This document shows, piece after piece, positions 1 to 11,301 of a DNA stretch of 64,000 nucleotides. How positions within the stretch are numbered: the first letter of the stretch is position 1; every line of letters starts with the position of its first letter. This DNA comes from Escherichia coli (GTDB lineage Bacteria > Pseudomonadota > Gammaproteobacteria > Enterobacterales > Enterobacteriaceae): assembly GCF_036507355.1 (NCBI RefSeq), contig NZ_AP027877.1, one strand, 5' to 3'. Position numbers and translations under genes: made by a program. The notes under the pieces are model-generated. The model ran no database searches. It saw nothing but the letters and a program-made list of their open reading frames with translations, and was not told where the DNA came from.

Positions 1-878
1 AGCCAGCCGTTACCGGCGTATTGTACCGGCATACTGTGCAAGCCACCTTCTGGCACCAGATGCGCACCATACTCCAGTGATTCCGTGTTTTTGATAAGCG
101 GGCGAACTGCCGGATGCGCTTTAAAGCGAGCCAGCAGCTCGCTTGCCGGAACACGCCTTTGCGTAAGGGAAGAGAGTGGGCAAACAATCCCTAACGAGAG
201 CGTTTGTTGATTAGTATAAAGAAATGCGCCGCCGGGTAAGTCATCACAGATCCCGCCGCTGAACAGCAACGCTGCGCCTTCGTTATTCTCCAGATGAAAA
301 CGTTCTTCAATAGCGGATGTTTCCAGCGACAGCACTTCTTTGATCCCCAACGCCATCGCTTCGCCAGCAGGACGAGTCACTAACCCGTGACGTTCAGCCA
401 GGACGCTGTTGGCACCTTCTGCCAGCACCACATAACGGGCGCGGAGAATATCGTCACCACAAATGACACCACACACCCTGCCGTTTTCTTCATACAGTGC
501 ATCCACCGTCGCACCAGGGATGCATTCGACACCTTCTTTTTCGGCTTCGGCAACCAGCCACGGATCGAACCGTGCACGTAATACACTCCAGGATTCACCG
601 CCGGGCTGTAAGCTGGAAAACGTCGTTGCACCATCCGGCGTTAACAGGGAAAGGCTTTCGTGAGTGATGCGTCGTTCAAGAGGCGCGGTCAGATGAAATT
701 GCGGGAGGAGTTCCGCGAGTGCATGGGTATATAACCGCCCGCCGGAAAGATTTTTGCTGCCGGGGATTTCAGCGCGTTCCAGTAACAAAACGGATAAACC
801 CGCTCGCGCGCAGCGTAACGCGCAAGCGGTGCCTGCAATACCGGCACCAATAATAATAATGTCGCAGTCGTCTTCCAT
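1..878 (-). CDS. ygcN: FAD-dependent oxidoreductase, FixC/YgcN-like (5' part only; gene continues beyond window start)
   Basis: Minus-strand frame open from ATG at 878 to the window edge; N-terminus reads MEDDCDIIIIGAGIAGTACALRCARAGL (GxGxxG FAD-binding motif); lies divergent from queD as in enterobacterial synteny. Confidence 0.75.
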   Translation of the reverse strand, partial: MEDDCDIIIIGAGIAGTACALRCARAGLSVLLLERAEIPGSKNLSGGRLYTHALAELLPQFHLTAPLERRITHESLSLLTPDGATTFSSLQPGGESWSVLRARFDPWLVAEAEKEGVECIPGATVDALYEENGRVCGVICGDDILRARYVVLAEGANSVLAERHGLVTRPAGEAMALGIKEVLSLETSAIEERFHLENNEGAALLFSGGICDDLPGGAFLYTNQQTLSLGIVCPLSSLTQRRVPASELLARFKAHPAVRPLIKNTESLEYGAHLVPEGGLHSMPVQYAGNGW

Positions 879-955
879 GTCATGCCCCAGATATCCAGAA
901 CACAACACCCTAACATAGCGTTACTTAAGGGAAATTGACCGCCGACACACTCTTA

Positions 956-1321
956 TCATTCGCCGCGATAGATACAACCAGCGGTGCAGGTTTCTTTTAC
1001 CATCACCGCACTTAACAGCGGCACAACGGGTTTAACCTGATCCCAAATCCATTTTGCTAAAACTTCGCTGGTCGGGTTTTCCAGGCCTGGAATATCATTG
1101 AGATAATGGTGATCGAGGCGCTCATAAGTTGGCTTAAACGCTGCTTTCAGTTCAGCGAAATCGATAATCCAGCCCGTATGCGGATCGACTTCCCCGGTAA
1201 TTTCCAGTCGCACCATAAAGGAATGCCCGTGCAGGCGACCACATTTATGCCCTTCCGGGACGTGTGGTAAGCGGTGAGCGGCTTCGAAGGTGAAATCTTT
1301 AAATAACGTGGTGGACATCAT
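956..1321 (-). CDS. queD: 6-carboxy-5,6,7,8-tetrahydropterin synthase (queuosine biosynthesis)
   Basis: ORF 956..1405 contains [35 protein letters not shown]; start placed at the internal MM (121 aa); Cx5HGH zinc motif. Confidence 0.9.
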   Translation of the reverse strand: MMSTTLFKDFTFEAAHRLPHVPEGHKCGRLHGHSFMVRLEITGEVDPHTGWIIDFAELKAAFKPTYERLDHHYLNDIPGLENPTSEVLAKWIWDQVKPVVPLLSAVMVKETCTAGCIYRGE

Positions 1322-1405
1322 AATTTCTCTACAGGACGATAAAACCGCCGTAGAGTACCGGAAAGGCTGTTTTTTCGCATTATCTAAAACGACTTTGTTG
1401 CGCAA

Positions 1406-1636
1406 AATCGCTGATTTATCTTAATGATTGGCTAAATTCATTTGTTTTTCATTAGGTTGGTTAATCTATTTTGTTGTTAAAGACTATTGCTAAAACAGGT
1501 TAGTCGATTTGGTTATTAGTTATCGCTATCCCGTCTTTAATCCACACCGTTCACCCCGTTAACCTTACCTTCTCTTCTGTTTTATGGGCGCTGACAGGGC
1601 GCAGAAACAGCTTTGCTTACTGGAACATAACGACGC
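1406..1636 (+). promoter_or_regulatory. AT-rich cysJIH upstream region (expected CysB-activated promoter)
   Basis: 230-bp AT-rich non-coding stretch directly upstream of cysJ; exact binding sites not resolved by eye. Confidence 0.4.
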
Positions 1637-3436
1637 ATGACGACACAGGTCCCACCTTCCGCGTTGCTTCCGTTGAACCCGGAGCAACTGGCACGCCTTC
1701 AGGCGGCCACGACCGATTTAACTCCCACCCAGCTTGCCTGGGTTTCTGGCTATTTCTGGGGCGTGCTCAATCAGCAGCCTGCTGCGCTTGCAGCGACGCC
1801 AGCGCCAGCCGCAGAAATGCCGGGTATAACTATTATCTCTGCTTCGCAAACCGGCAATGCGCGCCGGGTTGCTGAAGCATTACGCGATGATTTATTGACG
1901 GCAAAACTGAACGTTAAGCTGGTGAACGCGGGCGACTATAAATTCAAACAAATCGCCAGCGAAAAACTGCTTATCGTGGTGACGTCAACGCAAGGAGAAG
2001 GGGAACCGCCGGAAGAAGCCGTCGCGCTGCATAAGTTCCTGTTCTCCAAAAAAGCGCCGAAGCTGGAAAACACCGCGTTTGCCGTGTTTAGCCTCGGCGA
2101 TAGTTCTTATGAATTTTTCTGCCAGTCCGGGAAAGATTTTGACAGCAAGCTGGCGGAACTGGGCGGTGAACGCCTGCTCGACCGTGTCGATGCCGACGTT
2201 GAATACCAGACCGCTGCCAGCGAGTGGCGCGCCCGCGTGGTTGATGCGCTTAAATCGCGTGCGCCTGTCGCGGCACCTTCGCAATCCGTCGCTACTGGCG
2301 CGGTAAATGAAATCCACACCAGCCCGTACAGCAAAGACGCGCCGCTGGTGGCTAGCCTCTCTGTTAACCAGAAAATTACCGGGCGTAACTCTGAAAAAGA
2401 CGTTCGCCATATCGAAATTGACTTAGGTGACTCTGGCCTGCGCTATCTGCCGGGCGACGCGCTGGGCGTGTGGTATCAGAACGATCCGGCACTGGTGAAA
2501 GAACTTGTCGAACTGCTGTGGCTGAAAGGTGATGAAACTGTCACCGTTGACGGCAAAACGCTGACCCTGAGCGAAGCGCTACAGTGGCACTTCGAACTGA
2601 CGGTTAACACCACCAATATTGTTGAGAACTATGCCACGCTTACCCGCAGTGAAACGCTGCTGCCGCTGGTGGGCGATAAAGCGAAGTTGCAGCATTACGC
2701 CGCGACCACGCCGATTGTCGATATGGTGCGTTTCTCTCCGGCACAGCTTGATGCTGACGCGCTGATTAACCTGCTGCGCCCGCTGACGCCGCGCCTCTAT
2801 TCCATCGCCTCATCGCAGGCTGAAGTGGAAAGTGAAGTGCACGTCACCGTTGGTGTCGTTCGTTATGACATTGAAGGCCGCGCCCGTGCGGGTGGTGCCT
2901 CCAGCTTCCTCGCGGACCGCGTGGAAGAAGAGGGTGAAGTCCGCGTCTTTATCGAACATAACGACAACTTCCGCCTGCCCGCTAACCCGGAAACCCCGGT
3001 GATTATGATTGGCCCAGGCACCGGCATCGCGCCGTTCCGCGCCTTTATGCAGCAACGCGCCGCCGACGAAGCGCCGGGCAAAAACTGGCTGTTCTTTGGC
3101 AACCCGCACTTTACGGAAGATTTCCTCTACCAGGTGGAATGGCAGCGTTACGTCAAAGAGGGCGTGCTGACACGTATCGATCTCGCCTGGTCGCGCGATC
3201 AAAAAGAAAAAGTTTACGTACAAGACAAACTGCGCGAACAGGGCGCGGAGCTGTGGCGCTGGATCAATGACGGTGCCCACATTTATGTCTGCGGCGACGC
3301 TAATCGCATGGCGAAAGACGTTGAGCAGGCACTTCTGGAAGTGATTGCCGAATTTGGTGGCATGGACACCGAAGCGGCGGATGAATTTTTAAGTGAGCTG
3401 CGCGTAGAGCGCCGTTATCAGCGAGATGTCTACTAA
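1637..3436 (+). CDS. cysJ: sulfite reductase (NADPH) flavoprotein alpha subunit
   Basis: 599-aa ORF with flavodoxin-like and FAD/NADPH reductase regions; stop overlaps cysI start (TAATGA). Confidence 0.95.
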   Translation: MTTQVPPSALLPLNPEQLARLQAATTDLTPTQLAWVSGYFWGVLNQQPAALAATPAPAAEMPGITIISASQTGNARRVAEALRDDLLTAKLNVKLVNAGDYKFKQIASEKLLIVVTSTQGEGEPPEEAVALHKFLFSKKAPKLENTAFAVFSLGDSSYEFFCQSGKDFDSKLAELGGERLLDRVDADVEYQTAASEWRARVVDALKSRAPVAAPSQSVATGAVNEIHTSPYSKDAPLVASLSVNQKITGRNSEKDVRHIEIDLGDSGLRYLPGDALGVWYQNDPALVKELVELLWLKGDETVTVDGKTLTLSEALQWHFELTVNTTNIVENYATLTRSETLLPLVGDKAKLQHYAATTPIVDMVRFSPAQLDADALINLLRPLTPRLYSIASSQAEVESEVHVTVGVVRYDIEGRARAGGASSFLADRVEEEGEVRVFIEHNDNFRLPANPETPVIMIGPGTGIAPFRAFMQQRAADEAPGKNWLFFGNPHFTEDFLYQVEWQRYVKEGVLTRIDLAWSRDQKEKVYVQDKLREQGAELWRWINDGAHIYVCGDANRMAKDVEQALLEVIAEFGGMDTEAADEFLSELRVERRYQRDVY

Positions 3437-5148
3437 TGAGCGAAAAACATCCAGGGCCTTTAGTGGTCGAAGGAAAACTGACAGACGCCGAGCGCATGAA
3501 GCTTGAAAGCAACTACCTGCGCGGCACCATTGCGGAAGATTTAAACGACGGTCTGACCGGCGGCTTTAAGGGCGACAACTTCCTGCTGATCCGCTTCCAC
3601 GGCATGTATCAGCAGGATGACCGCGACATCCGCGCCGAACGTGCTGAACAGAAGCTGGAGCCGCGCCATGCGATGCTGTTGCGCTGCCGTCTGCCGGGTG
3701 GAGTTATCACCACCAAACAGTGGCAGGCGATCGATAAATTTGCCGGTGAAAACACCATCTATGGCAGCATTCGCCTGACCAACCGCCAGACATTCCAGTT
3801 CCACGGCATTCTGAAAAAGAACGTCAAACCGGTGCACCAGATGCTGCACTCGGTCGGTCTTGATGCGCTGGCGACCGCTAACGACATGAACCGTAACGTA
3901 CTCTGCACCTCGAACCCTTACGAGTCGCAGCTGCACGCAGAAGCGTACGAGTGGGCGAAGAAAATATCTGAACATCTGCTGCCTCGTACCCGCGCGTATG
4001 CGGAGATCTGGCTCGATCAGGAAAAAGTCGCCACCACTGATGAAGAACCGATCCTCGGCCAGACCTACCTGCCGCGTAAATTCAAAACCACGGTAGTGAT
4101 CCCGCCACAGAACGATATCGATCTGCACGCCAACGACATGAACTTCGTGGCAATCGCCGAAAACGGCAAGCTGGTGGGCTTTAACCTGCTGGTGGGCGGT
4201 GGGCTTTCCATCGAACACGGCAACAAGAAAACCTACGCCCGCACCGCGAGTGAGTTTGGCTATCTGCCGCTGGAGCATACGCTGGCAGTGGCGGAAGCCG
4301 TCGTGACAACTCAGCGTGACTGGGGTAACCGAACCGATCGTAAAAATGCCAAAACCAAATACACGCTGGAGCGCGTGGGGGTTGAGACGTTTAAAGCGGA
4401 AGTGGAGCGTCGCGCGGGGATCAAATTCGAGCCGATTCGCCCGTATGAGTTTACCGGACGCGGAGATCGTATTGGCTGGGTTAAGGGCATTGATGATAAC
4501 TGGCACCTGACGCTGTTTATCGAAAATGGTCGCATCCTTGATTATCCGGGGCGTCCGCTGAAAACCGGCCTGCTGGAGATCGCGAAGATCCACAAAGGTG
4601 ATTTCCGCATTACGGCGAACCAGAATCTGATCATCGCCGGTGTGCCGGAAAGCGAGAAAGCGAAGATCGAGAAGATCGCCAAAGAGAGCGGGTTAATGAA
4701 TGCCGTCACGCCGCAGCGTGAAAACTCAATGGCCTGCGTCTCGTTCCCGACTTGCCCGCTGGCGATGGCGGAAGCGGAGCGTTTCCTGCCGTCTTTTATC
4801 GACAACATCGATAATTTAATGGCGAAACATGGTGTCAGCGATGAGCATATCGTGATGCGTGTAACAGGCTGCCCGAACGGTTGTGGTCGCGCGATGCTGG
4901 CGGAAGTGGGCCTGGTGGGTAAAGCGCCGGATCGCTACAACCTGCATCTTGGCGGCAACCGCATTGGGACACGTATCCCACGGATGTATAAAGAAAACAT
5001 CACCGAGCCGGAAATCCTGGCGTCGCTTGATGAACTGATAGGGCGCTGGGCGAAAGAGCGCGAAGCGGGTGAAGGCTTCGGCGACTTTACGGTGCGTGCG
5101 GGCATCATTCGCCCGGTGCTCGATCCGGCGCGCGATTTGTGGGATTAA
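3436..5148 (+). CDS. cysI: sulfite reductase hemoprotein beta subunit
   Basis: 570-aa ORF with C-terminal siroheme/4Fe-4S cysteine cluster ([16 protein letters not shown] ... [10 protein letters not shown]). Confidence 0.95.
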   Translation: MSEKHPGPLVVEGKLTDAERMKLESNYLRGTIAEDLNDGLTGGFKGDNFLLIRFHGMYQQDDRDIRAERAEQKLEPRHAMLLRCRLPGGVITTKQWQAIDKFAGENTIYGSIRLTNRQTFQFHGILKKNVKPVHQMLHSVGLDALATANDMNRNVLCTSNPYESQLHAEAYEWAKKISEHLLPRTRAYAEIWLDQEKVATTDEEPILGQTYLPRKFKTTVVIPPQNDIDLHANDMNFVAIAENGKLVGFNLLVGGGLSIEHGNKKTYARTASEFGYLPLEHTLAVAEAVVTTQRDWGNRTDRKNAKTKYTLERVGVETFKAEVERRAGIKFEPIRPYEFTGRGDRIGWVKGIDDNWHLTLFIENGRILDYPGRPLKTGLLEIAKIHKGDFRITANQNLIIAGVPESEKAKIEKIAKESGLMNAVTPQRENSMACVSFPTCPLAMAEAERFLPSFIDNIDNLMAKHGVSDEHIVMRVTGCPNGCGRAMLAEVGLVGKAPDRYNLHLGGNRIGTRIPRMYKENITEPEILASLDELIGRWAKEREAGEGFGDFTVRAGIIRPVLDPARDLWD

Positions 5149-5165
5149 CCATCAGCCCGGTCTTG

Positions 5166-5203
5166 TAGGCCTGATAAGACGTGTGAGCGTCGCATCAGGC
5201 AAG
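5166..5203. repeat. REP-like palindromic element in the cysI-cysH spacer
   Basis: Palindrome gcctgataagacgtgtgagcgtcgcatcaggc read directly from the sequence. Confidence 0.6.
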
Positions 5204-5221
5204 GCAAACAGTGAGGAATCT

Positions 5222-5956
5222 ATGTCCAAACTCGATCTAAACGCCCTGAACGAACTGCCGAAGGTAGATCGCATTCTGGCGCTGGCGGAAACTAACGCCC
5301 AACTGGAAAAATTGGACGCTGAAGGCCGCGTAGCCTGGGCGCTGGATAATCTGCCCGGTGAATATGTGCTTTCTTCCAGCTTCGGCATTCAGGCGGCGGT
5401 GAGCCTGCATCTGGTGAATCAGATTCGCCCGGATATTCCAGTGATCCTCACCGATACCGGTTACTTGTTCCCGGAAACCTACCGCTTTATTGACGAGTTA
5501 ACGGACAAACTCAAGCTCAACCTGAAAGTGTACCGTGCTACCGAAAGCGCAGCCTGGCAGGAAGCACGCTACGGCAAACTGTGGGAGCAGGGCGTTGAAG
5601 GCATTGAAAAGTACAATGACATCAACAAAGTCGAACCGATGAACCGGGCGCTGAGAGATCTGAATGCGCAAACGTGGTTTGCTGGCCTGCGCCGCGAACA
5701 ATCCGGCAGCCGCGCCAATTTACCGGTGCTGGCAATTCAGCGTGGCGTATTTAAAGTGCTGCCGATTATCGACTGGGATAACCGAACGATATATCAGTAT
5801 CTGCAAAAACATGGCCTGAAATATCACCCATTATGGGACGAAGGATATTTATCGGTGGGCGATACCCATACAACCCGTAAATGGGAACCCGGCATGGCGG
5901 AAGAAGAAACGCGTTTCTTTGGCTTAAAAAGGGAATGTGGGTTACACGAAGGGTAA
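5222..5956 (+). CDS. cysH: phosphoadenosine phosphosulfate (PAPS) reductase
   Basis: ORF 5069..5956; start at internal [14 protein letters not shown] (244 aa); C-terminal ECGLH motif. Confidence 0.93.
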   Translation: MSKLDLNALNELPKVDRILALAETNAQLEKLDAEGRVAWALDNLPGEYVLSSSFGIQAAVSLHLVNQIRPDIPVILTDTGYLFPETYRFIDELTDKLKLNLKVYRATESAAWQEARYGKLWEQGVEGIEKYNDINKVEPMNRALRDLNAQTWFAGLRREQSGSRANLPVLAIQRGVFKVLPIIDWDNRTIYQYLQKHGLKYHPLWDEGYLSVGDTHTTRKWEPGMAEEETRFFGLKRECGLHEG

Positions 5957-5973
5957 ATATTGCCGGATAAATT

Positions 5974-6012
5974 AAACGCCTCTGTCAGAAATGATGGGGG
6001 CGTTTTTATTTT
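5974..6012 (+). terminator. rho-independent terminator downstream of cysH
   Basis: Stem aacgcc/ggcgtt (with G-rich 3' arm) followed by tttttatttt. Confidence 0.6.
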
Positions 6013-6128
6013 GCGAGCAGCATTCCTGATTTTAAACGTGAACGCCGCTGGAAGAATTATCAGGTATAGAATGGCGTCGGGTGCTTGAGGCTGTCTGGCG
6101 TTAAGCATTCGCGAGGTTCCAGATGGAC

Positions 6129-6181
6129 AAAAGCCCCAGGCGATATTTCTATCAACCTGAGGCTCGCGTTCGAACGTAGCA
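6129..6181 (-). ncRNA. candidate Sok-like antisense RNA of the hok locus
   Basis: Minus strand: -35 TTGCCT (6216..6211), 17-bp spacer, -10 TAACAT (6193..6188), then about 55 nt ending in an 8-bp hairpin (gcctcagg/cctggggc) plus UUUU; antisense to the hok leader. Confidence 0.4.
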
Positions 6182-6219
6182 ATTCGGATGTTAGTCTCTT
6201 CTTTGCAGGGAGGCAAGAC

Positions 6220-6372
6220 ATGCTAACAAAATATGCCCTTGTGGCAATCATAGTACTGTGTTGTACAGTACTGGGATTCACGCTCATGGTAGGCGACTCG
6301 TTATGTGAGTTGAATATCAGAGAGCGTGGTATGGAGTTTAAGGCAGTTCTCGCTTACGAATCGAAGAAGTAG
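6220..6372 (+). CDS. Hok/Gef-family type I toxin (small membrane peptide)
   Basis: 50-aa product [50 protein letters not shown], closely resembling chromosomal Hok peptides (HokE-like as I recall it); SD gcagggagg upstream; leader begins with the hok-type motif ggtgcttgaggctgtctggc. Confidence 0.8.
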   Translation: MLTKYALVAIIVLCCTVLGFTLMVGDSLCELNIRERGMEFKAVLAYESKK

Positions 6373-6737
6373 CCACCACGTGGGGGTAAAACCCCGCGTA
6401 TTGAATTGTGATGGTTTGGTCTCCTGCACCCTTTTTTAAATTTATATTTTTTATGTGAATATATTGTCTCTATTTATTATTATGAATTTCAAATGAAAAT
6501 CATAAATTTATTCACAATATAAATGTTTTATTGGCTGATATATATCACAGATAATTTTTAAAATATGCGTAAATATCCTTTAAGTTTACTGAAGGATAAA
6601 AATATTGTGACTTTCTTTGATTTCTGGGGAAAAACCCGACGCGACGAGAAAGAAGGGGGTGACGACTATCACCTTCTTTGCTGGCATTCGCTGGATGTGG
6701 CCGCGATGGGCTATTTAATGGTTAAAAGAAATTGCTT

Positions 6738-6746
6738 CGGGCTGGC
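6738..6746. repeat. IS1 target-site duplication, left copy (CGGGCTGGC)
   Basis: Identical 9-mer immediately flanks both IS1 ends. Confidence 0.85.
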
Positions 6747-6761
6747 GGTAATGACTCCAAC

Positions 6762-7265
6762 TTATTGATAGTGTTTTATGTTCAGATAATGCCCGATGAC
6801 TTTGTCATGCAGCTCCACCGATTTTGAGAACGACAGCGACTTCCGTCCCAGCCGTGCCAGGTGCTGCCTCAGATTCAGGTTATGCCGCTCAATTCGCTGC
6901 GTATATCGCTTGCTGATTACGTGCAGCTTTCCCTTCAGGCGGGATTCATACAGCGGCCAGCCATCCGTCATCCATATCACCACGTCAAAGGGTGACAGCA
7001 GGCTCATAAGACGCCCCAGCGTCGCCATCGTGCGTTCACCGAATACGTGCGCAACAACCGTCTTCCGGAGCCTGTCATACGCGTAAAACAGCCAGCGCTG
7101 GCGCGATTTAGCCCCGACATAGCCCCACTGTTCGTCCATTTCCGCGCAGACGATGACGTCACTGCCCGGCTGTATGCGCGAGGTTACCGACTGCGGCCTG
7201 AGTTTTTTAAGTGACGTAAAATCGTGTTGAGGCCAACGCCCATAATGCGGGCTGTTGCCCGGCAT
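6762..7265 (-). CDS. insB: IS1 transposase InsB (InsAB' C-terminal part)
   Basis: 167-aa [30 protein letters not shown] ... NIKHYQ. Confidence 0.9.
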
Positions 7266-7459
7266 CCAACGCCATTCATGGCCATATCAATGATTTTCTG
7301 GTGCGTACCGGGTTGAGAAGCGGTGTAAGTGAACTGCAGTTGCCATGTTTTACGGCAGTGAGAGCAGAGATAGCGCTGATGTCCGGCGGTGCTTTTGCCG
7401 TTACGCACCACCCCGTCAGTAGCTGAACAGGAGGGACAGCTGATAGAAACAGAAGCCAC
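7184..7459 (-). CDS. insA: IS1 InsA (transposition repressor / InsAB' N-terminal part)
   Basis: 91-aa [43 protein letters not shown]. Confidence 0.9.
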
Positions 7460-7514
7460 TGGAGCACCTCAAAAACACCATCATACACTAAATCAGTAAG
7501 TTGGCAGCATCACC

Positions 7515-7523
7515 CGGGCTGGC
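7515..7523. repeat. IS1 target-site duplication, right copy (CGGGCTGGC)
   Basis: Identical to 6738..6746. Confidence 0.85.
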
Positions 7524-9451
7524 TGATTATTTTCGTCAATTAGGGATTTCTGACAAGGAACAGGCGGCTCAATTTTTCGCCTGGTTGTTGTGCTGGCACG
7601 ATATTGGAAAATTTGCCCGCTCATTTCAGCAACTTTACCTGCACCCACAACTCAAGGTTCCGGAAGGCGCAAGAAAGAATTACGAAAAGATCTCTCATTC
7701 AACGCTGGGCTACTGGTTGTGGCATCATTATTTAAGTGAATGCGAAGAATTGCTTCCTGCCTCTTCACTCTCTACTCGCAAACTTAAACGTGTAATAGCG
7801 ATGTGGATGCCCATGACTACCGGGCATCATGGTCGGCCCCCTGACCGTATTGATGAACTGGATAATTTTCTGCCTGAAGACAAAGTTGCCGCGCGAGATT
7901 TTCTCCTTGAAATCAAGGCACTGTGTCCGCTCATAGAGATTCCCACATTCTGGGATAATGACGAGGGAGTTGAACTTTTAAAACAACTTTCCTGGTATAT
8001 CTCTGCAACAGTCGTACTTGCAGACTGGACGGGTTCGTCAACGCGATTTTTTCCACGCGTCGCACACCCAATGGATATTAAAGATTACTGGCAGAAAACT
8101 TTAGTTCAGGCTCAAAACGCCTTAACCGTCTTTCCTCCAAAAGCAGAAACCGCACCTTTCACCGGAATTAATACGCTGTTTCCTTTTATTGAGCACCCGA
8201 CACCATTACAGCAAAAGGTGCTGGATCTGGATATCAGCCAGCCAGGGCCACAGTTATTTATTCTGGAAGACGTGACTGGCGCAGGTAAAACAGAAGCGGC
8301 GCTTATCCTGGCGCACAGGTTGATGGCTGCGAGGAAAGCACAGGGTTTGTTTTTTGGCCTGCCAACAATGGCAACGGCCAATGCCATGTACGATCGGCTG
8401 GTCAAAACCTGGCTTGCTTTCTATTCGCCAGAGTCCCGCCCCAGCCTGGTGCTGGCACACAGTGCCCGCACATTAATGGACCGCTTTAATGAATCACTCT
8501 GGTCCGGTGATTTAGTCGGGTCAGAAGAACCGGATGAACAAGCGTTCAGTCAAGGATGTGCAGCCTGGTTTGCCGACAGTAACAAGAAGGCTTTACTGGC
8601 TGAAATTGGCGTCGGCACGCTGGATCAGGCGATGATGGCGGTGATGCCGTTCAAACATAATAATCTGCGGCTTCTGGGGCTGAGTAACAAAATCCTGCTG
8701 GCTGATGAGATCCACGCCTGTGACGCTTACATGTCATGCATTCTTGAAGGGCTGATCGAGCGGCAGGCGCGTGGTGGAAACAGCGTCATTTTGCTTTCTG
8801 CTACGTTATCCCAACAGCAGCGCGACAAACTCGTCGCCGCCTTTGCGCGTGGCACAGAGGGCCAGCAAGAAGCTCCGTTCCTTGAAAAGGATGATTACCC
8901 CTGGCTGACGCATGTCACGAAATCCGATGTGAACTCACACCGGGTAGCGACGCGCAAAGACGTTGAGCGTAGCGTCAGCGTGGGTTGGCTTCATAGTGAA
9001 CAAGAGAGTATTGCGCGTATCGAATCGGCGGTAAGTCAGGGAAAATGCATCGCCTGGATCCGCAATTCTGTCGATGACGCTATTAAGGTTCATCGTCAGC
9101 TGCTTGCCCGCGGCGTCATTCCCGCTTCCAGCCTTTCACTCTTTCATAGCCGCTTTGCTTTTAGCGATCGCCAGCGAATCGAAACGGAAACGCTGGCACG
9201 CTTTGGTAAAAATTGTAATTTAAAAAGATCATCGCAAGTCATTGTTTGTACACAAGTAATTGAGCAAAGTGTGGATATTGACCTGGACGAAATGATCTCC
9301 GACCTTGCCCCCATTGATTTGCTGATCCAGCGAGCGGGGCGATTACAGCGACATATCCGCGATATTAATGGTCAGTTAAAGCGTGACGGAAAAGACGAGC
9401 GTTCCCCTCCTGAATTGCTGATTCTGGCCCCCGTCTGGGACGACGCTCCTG

Positions 9452-9781
9452 GTGACGAATGGTTCGGCAGTGCCATGCGTACGCGCCTTTACAGAGGCCG
9501 CGCTTAAAGTCTCACCAACCGGAAAACAAAACAGCTTTGCCAGCCGTGCCTACGCCTCCTGGGCGCTGGCGGAAAAAGGCACTGTTCAACCGCGTTCTCT
9601 GGCGGCGGCTTTCTATGAACCCATTAATGGTACCCGTCAGTTAGATGTGGCGGTGCAGCGTATTACAACGCTTCGCGAAAACATGAATACGGTCTACGAA
9701 CAGAAGACTGAATGCGCAAGTTTTGACGTGATGAACAAACAGGGAAGCATGAAGGACGTACTGGACTTTATCTGCGCGTAA
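9452..9781 (+). other. cas gene remnant: either the 3' end of a Cascade gene (likely cas7e/casC) or a frameshifted Cas3 C-terminal segment
   Basis: 109-codon ORF in the +1 frame relative to cas3, overlapping its end by 55 nt; its stop lies 10 nt before the casD-like start with an intervening SD (aagggg), an operon-internal spacing. Confidence 0.35.
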
Positions 9782-9791
9782 GGGGCGGCTT

Positions 9792-9870
9792 ATGAGCCAA
9801 TATCTGATTTTTCAGCTTCATGGGCCAATGGCATCCTGGGGCGTCGATGCCCCCGGCGAAGTGCGTCATA
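9792..9870 (+). pseudogene. casD: casD (cas5e) 5' remnant, about 25 codons, fused out of frame to cas1
   Basis: N-terminus MSQYLIFQLHGPMASWG matches the Cas5e N-terminus as I remember it from E. coli (MRSYLILRLAGPMQAWG); similarity is lost where the Cas1 frame begins. Confidence 0.6.
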
Positions 9871-10973
<1,103 letters not shown>

Positions 10974-11069
10974 GTTATGTGTTCTTTAAAAATAAGGAAA
11001 TGTTTGAATTTAGTTGGTAGATTGTTGATGTGGAATAAATTTGTTTAAAAACAGATATGTATGCTTAGT
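10974..11069 (+). promoter_or_regulatory. CRISPR leader (AT-rich)
   Basis: About 95 bp of AT-rich sequence between the cas2 stop and the first repeat. Confidence 0.7.
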
Positions 11070-11281
11070 GTGTTCCCGGCGCCAGCGGGGATAAACCGAC
11101 GAGGGGCTCGTTATTCGGGAAATTACAAAAGTGTTCCCCGCGCCAGCGGGGATAAACCGGCCCAGGGATTTGTTCAATCCAGCGTGCCGCTGTGTTCCCC
11201 GCATCAGCGGGGATAAACCGGGCGCACTGGATGCGATGATGGATATCACTTAGAATTCCCCGCCCCTGCGGTAGAACTCCC
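11070..11281 (+). CRISPR. type I-E CRISPR array: 3 spacers of 32 nt, three 29-bp repeats and a degenerate terminal repeat
   Basis: Repeats GTGTTCCCGGCGCCAGCGGGGATAAACCG (11070..11098), GTGTTCCCCGCGCCAGCGGGGATAAACCG (11131..11159), GTGTTCCCCGCATCAGCGGGGATAAACCG (11192..11220), degenerate gaattccccgcccctgcggtagaactccc (11253..11281); spacers at 11099..11130, 11160..11191, 11221..11252. Confidence 0.9.
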
Positions 11282-11301
11282 AGCTCCCATTTTCAAACCC
11301 A

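Larger units (their letters stand above)
6747..7514 (-). mobile_element. IS1 insertion sequence (768 bp)
   Basis: Terminal inverted repeats ggtaatgactccaacttattgat and atcagtaagttggcagcatcacc; encodes InsA and InsB on the minus strand; flanked by a perfect 9-bp direct repeat. Confidence 0.95.
6565..9507 (+). pseudogene. cas3: cas3 (type I-E HD nuclease/helicase) interrupted by IS1 after codon 60 and probably truncated at the 3' end
   Basis: N-terminal fragment 6565..6746 carries the HD motif (HLLCWHSLDVAA); the frame resumes after IS1 through HDIGKF, TGHHG, Walker A VTGAGKTEA, DExH-like LLADEIH and motif VI QRAGRLQRH; reading frame is continuous once IS1 and one copy of the duplication are removed; only about 55 aa follow motif VI. 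Confidence 0.85.

Noticed and set aside
1985-3280. Several antisense ORFs of 75-156 aa inside cysJ
   Set aside because: They lie opposite a well-supported conserved gene, are Arg/Ala-rich as expected from GC-rich antisense frames, and show no family features. The same applies to similar ORFs inside cysI, mutS, fhlA, hycC, hycE, hypF and norR.
6085-6372. 95-aa ORF in the track suggesting a longer protein
   Set aside because: Only the last 50 codons (from ATG 6220, with a proper SD) form the Hok-family peptide; the upstream part is the hok mRNA leader read through from an alternative TTG start.
6565-6768. 67-aa ORF as a small independent protein
   Set aside because: It is the first 60 codons of cas3 running into the IS1 terminal repeat before hitting a stop.
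7501-9507. 668-aa ORF appearing to start inside the IS1 terminal repeat
   Set aside because: The first 7 codons are IS1 and duplication sequence; the ORF is the downstream part of cas3 continued from 6565..6746, not an independent gene or an IS1-cas3 fusion start.
9820-9870. MGQWHPGASMPPAKCVIP as the native Cas1 N-terminus
   Set aside because: It does not match Cas1 and derives from the casD remnant in another frame; Cas1 homology begins at IRTHIPVGS.
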